A DNA stretch of 64,000 nucleotides from Babesia bigemina (lineage: Eukaryota): NCBI RefSeq assembly GCF_000981445.1, contig NC_027218.1, forward strand, positions 2,852,001 to 2,916,000, in the 5' to 3' direction. The position numbers and the translations under genes are program-made. The notes under the pieces are model-generated. The model made no database searches and was not told the origin of the DNA. It saw nothing but the letters and a program-made list of their open reading frames with translations. Below are positions 59,854 through 64,000 of this stretch, piece by piece. Each line of letters opens with the position of its first letter. Position 1 is the first letter of the stretch.

Positions 59854-62800
59854 ATGACGTGCAATCCGCCGGACTACCTCTCGATCGCTGATCGTAAGTG
59901 CTTTACGGAACGGATTAACATGCTTAGGCGATGGGTCAGCTCCAGCTAGCCGGACGCTGCGCAACCAGCTGCTGCGTCCGTTGGAGGGCAGCGAGTTGGG
60001 AGCGACGATCCTCAAGCACCAGGAAGTGGCGTCCTTCTTGCGCGGAAAGCAAACCGGCCGCATGGTCGGCGAGGTGTTGGGCATGTGCCCCGCCAAGGAG
60101 ATAAAGCAGAAGTTGGAGATGAACACGGCGAGTGACCTCGAGCGCATCTGCAGCACGAAGGTTAACCCGCGACTGGCGCTGAAGAGCTTCCAGCGTTCCG
60201 ACGCAAGCCGCGTGTTCAAGCCGGAGGAGACCCGACCCGCGGTCTGGTGTCGTCGCACCATCTTCAACATCCTGTGCTACTTCGTGGACGCAGACCTGGT
60301 GCAGAAGCCCTACTTGATGCCGAAGAAGTTTTCGTACCTGGACGTCTACAACTTCCTGCGTGACCGCCTGCGCAGCATTTGGCAAGACCTCACGGTGCAG
60401 CACTGCACCAAGCACCGCGCCTACATCGAGTGTTTCGAGATCAGCATTCGCTTTTTGATTTACTCCAACGAGCAGCTTTGCGAGAATGAGGAATACGACA
60501 TCGCCCAGAACCGCGGCCTGCTCAACACGTGTCTAGACAAGCTGATGGAGGGCTACGAGGCCGTGCACAAGTACAAGAATGCCCGGAAGTCGAAGCGCCA
60601 GATGGAGCAGCAGAGTGGCGCGAACCCGAACTTTGACGAGGTGATGGACATTCTGGTGTACCAGTCTCCGCATGAGGCCGAATTTTGGGGATACCGGCTG
60701 CTGCTGCATATCCCCCAGCTTCTGCTTCCTGGCGGCTCCGCAACCTTTTGCGACATCAAACAGCGCATGCCGGAATCACTGCGCGAGTCCCCGGTTGTGG
60801 CCTTTGCCGTGGAGGTGTGCCACACGGCTGCGTCGCGCAACCTGTATCGCTACTTCACGCTGCTGCGCCGCGAGGACTGCCCTGCGCTTTACGCGGCGCT
60901 GATGAACAGGTTCGCAGCCTGCCTGAGGGTCCAGTTCCTGGAGACCTTGGTTGTGTACAAGGTTGCGAAGAAGGGCGTGAACCCTATGGACATGGAAACT
61001 TTCAACTCGATCTTCGGCTTCGACGGCGAACCTGCGGCTAGCGCCGAGAAGCTGTTCAAGAAGTACGATATCACCGTGTACAGCTCCGGCGACAAGCAGT
61101 TTTTGGAGTTTGAGGGCGCCAATGCCAACCAGTTGACGTACGACAGCGCGGCGTTGCAGAAGCTGACCAACAAGTTCCAGACGACAAGCTCGGTGGTCGG
61201 CTCAAAGCTCGCAAGTTTTGCCTCACGCCAACTTATCTTCGACCCCGATTTTGAGTACCCTGAAGGATTAGGACCAGACACCCCGGGAACGCCGTATGTT
61301 GAGGAAATTCCCCCGAAACCCGAGCCACCGGCTGCACCCGTCGAACCTCCGCAGCCGAAGTTCACTTTTGGCAAGTCTAGTTTTGCGGGCTTCCCTCCTG
61401 TGAGTGCGCCTATTGGAGGCGGTTTACCAGCCGTTGGTTCAGGTTTCGATCCCCCAGCGACGAGCAAAGTTGCCTTCTCATTCGGGCAGCTGCAGGGTGC
61501 CCCGGAATCCAAGCCATTTAGCATCTTCGGATTCGGTGCGCAGGCCTCGGAACCTAAGCCGTTCGCATTCGGACCACCCCCTACCGCGCCAGACCAGAAG
61601 ATCTTCGGGTTTGGCCCCGGAGCCGCGACCCCTGCAAACAACACTAACCCGTTTGCTTCAAGCTTCCCAACTCCAGGCATGCCTCCACCAGCGCCGTCAC
61701 AGCCGTTGCTGACCCAGACTGCAGCCACAACCCCTTCCAATGACGTCAAGCCTTTCACATTCGGCGCTACGCCCGAGCCCAAACCAAAATTTACTTTTGG
61801 TGCTGCTCCCGCTGCTGCAGAGCAGGCTTCGGACAAGGCTGTACCTGCTCCGCCAGGCAATACCGGTTCTGTCGGAACACCGCCCAAATCTGCACGGCTA
61901 CGTATGCCGCCATCGAGTGGTATACGCGCATCTACCCTGCCAGCAGAATCGGGCAGCAATGCCAATGCGGTGAGTGGCGACAGCACGTGTGAGCCAGGGG
62001 AAAAGTCGTCGAAGAGTGCTTTCGGGCTTCAACCGCCACCATCTGAAGACAAAGCAACGCCGAAACCGTTGTTTTCATTTACGGTCAACAGCTTCTTCGG
62101 AAACGAAACGGAGCCCACGCTGTTCAAGCCACCAATCACAGCAGCTGCGGGTAAGGATGCCAACAAAGAGGCCGCTCCAGCAGCGGCGACCCCAGGAGTG
62201 ATCGATGAAGTAAAGGCGTTGTTTGGTATTACGGACCCCAAACCTGCGTTCCCCAACCTCTTCGGCAAGCAGACCACGGATGCGGCTGCTCCGCAGTTGC
62301 CATTATTCGGCAACATCCAGCCAACTCCGACTGCCGATCCTCCTAGCGCTGCGAACGTCCCGCAGCCGTCGGCTCCAAGTGAGGAGGTAGAAAGTCACGA
62401 ATCAGCCCAGAGTGAGGATGAACCCGAGGATATTTACTCGTTGGAAAGGGTCATAGAAGCCTATGAAAATGCGAAGGCAGTCAAGCGAGTAAAGCTAATA
62501 CGACCCAAGCTCCCTGGTGACGTTAACTCCATGCGTATAGAAGGTGCCGTGCAGATGTCTGCAGATAAGCGTCTGCTGCATCATCTTCGGGACCTGGTGG
62601 GATCACTGGTGGACCGTACAGTGACTGGCGCGATGTTAGACCGACGCTTGCACAACCAGTTCGACGACCCGATCGCTTTGTGTGGGTTAGATGAGCCTGC
62701 GAGAAAGCGTTACCGGCGTTCGGTCAGGTCCCCGTCGTCTGATGCCAACGTGAGTCATGTGGATGCCTATGGAGCGTCGCCAACCTCTTCTCGCCGGGAT

Positions 62801-64000
62801 TTGGGAGAGGTCAAAGGATTATCGGCACGGCTAACCCCCGTTGATGGCATTATGAGCGAAGGTGGCGTCAGGGACAGAGCCGCCCATCGATGTGTTGAGG
62901 TTCTCTACCTGAATCGGCGCGGCAGCGAGCGTTTCCTGGTTAAAGCTTACATCAAGCACCTGGTTGACCACGGGGTCAGGAGCATCATAAAGCCTTGTTA
63001 TACCTGTGAGTCGTGCTGGAGTAACAACGGTTACGACATGCGAGACGTTTTAAAGATGCTAGGCTCCTCAACAGTGCAGATAACTAAAGGAGTGTACCGG
63101 CTGGCACGGTTCATCGTCAGGCATGCATCCAGAGCCACAGTCAAGGTGGTCAAATATGTTCATAAGCGGCTACGTGATTCCCGAGGTGACGACAGCGAGA
63201 CCGACGTTCCATACTCCCCGCCACTGATGCATTGCGATGGTGTGGGACATCTCGACCTGGCCGTAGTCACCGAACGTGCATTAAAAGACATGGCTATTTC
63301 GACCAGTTCGCGTGCACTTGCCACGGGGAAATATTTGGCGGGCGTATACGGGAGTTCTTCACGTTTGGCGCACAGATTTGCCGACTGCTTCAAGGAATCG
63401 TTGAATAGCGATGCTTCGCCACTGGAACTGTTGCTACGCGTGGCCATCAAAAGGTTGGATTTTATCGTTGGGAGCACCACTGCAAACATGCATGACAGTT
63501 TGGGCTACCAAGCACCCCTGCACACTTACAGCGTTTGGGGCACGGGCATTTCTTTCCACGTGGCCTTCTTTGACCCCTTGTTGGTACGGAGTGAGTTGTT
63601 GGCATCGTCACCTAGCGGGTCGAAAGGTCGCGACCTCACGGCTGAAGGGCCGCTCGGACGGTTAATTGAGGAGTACCACAGTTCCGACTACTGCCTGCGT
63701 CTAAAGCAGGATGTGCTGCACATGTCAGGGTTTGAAATTGGTGCCGATCGTTTGTTCCTGGGTGGATGCGCTTCGAGGCGGTTGGCGATGCAGTGCTGTT
63801 CTGCCAGCCCGCTGCAAACACGGAAGGATAGCGACCCCGAAAAGACTGCATTGCCATTAACGGTAGCGGTGTCTTTGAACTTGCGCGATGATGGCTTCGG
63901 CATACAAAGGGAGGTTCGGTTTACGCCATGCTCAAGAGAACATACTGTGTCGTCTCTGTCTCACGGTCTCCAAACGAGCGGACCTCATGACGGCGATGTA
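59854..64000 (+). CDS. SAC3/GANP-family (TREX-2) protein, 3'-truncated by the window edge
   Basis: ATG 59854 and intron 59894-59927, then a frame apparently open to the window end (hence missing from the ORF track). Contains GMCP, KSFQRSDA, ETRP, YNFLRDRLRSIWQDLTVQ and EISIRF, which are SAC3/GANP motifs. Confidence 0.9.

Noticed and set aside
1..64000. CRISPR arrays, transposases, rRNA or tRNA genes
   Set aside because: None recognised. The sequence is eukaryotic with spliceosomal introns and shows no regular repeat-spacer structure.

Overview
Eukaryotic, intron-containing genomic DNA from an apicomplexan piroplasm, most likely Babesia sensu stricto (B. bigemina/ovata/caballi-like). This is inferred from ~30-41 nt GT-AG introns, an apicoplast-type IspD, an apicomplexan-type ATP synthase subunit d, a 6-Cys-like gene and a ves-family gene. 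Two densely packed, GC-rich housekeeping blocks flank the centre. The first (1-28.9 kb) holds RPS27, a WD40 protein, PDCD5, ATP synthase d, an aspartic protease, ribophorin I, IspD, centrin, a CW zinc finger protein, BMS1, TSR2, PIG-U, an ERD2-like receptor and a MAEA/GID9-like subunit. The second (44.5-64 kb) holds a cyclin, RPSA, PP1 inhibitor-3, U2SURP, Ub-like-RPS27a, a WBP4-like protein and SAC3/GANP. Between them is a visibly AT-richer, gene-sparse accessory island (~29-44.5 kb). It carries a multi-domain 6-Cys-like gene, a short ves-family gene and four paralogous small Cys-rich proteins with a single C-terminal membrane helix, which is the best candidate here for an undescribed system. 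Exon boundaries and product calls were made by eye, without database searches.
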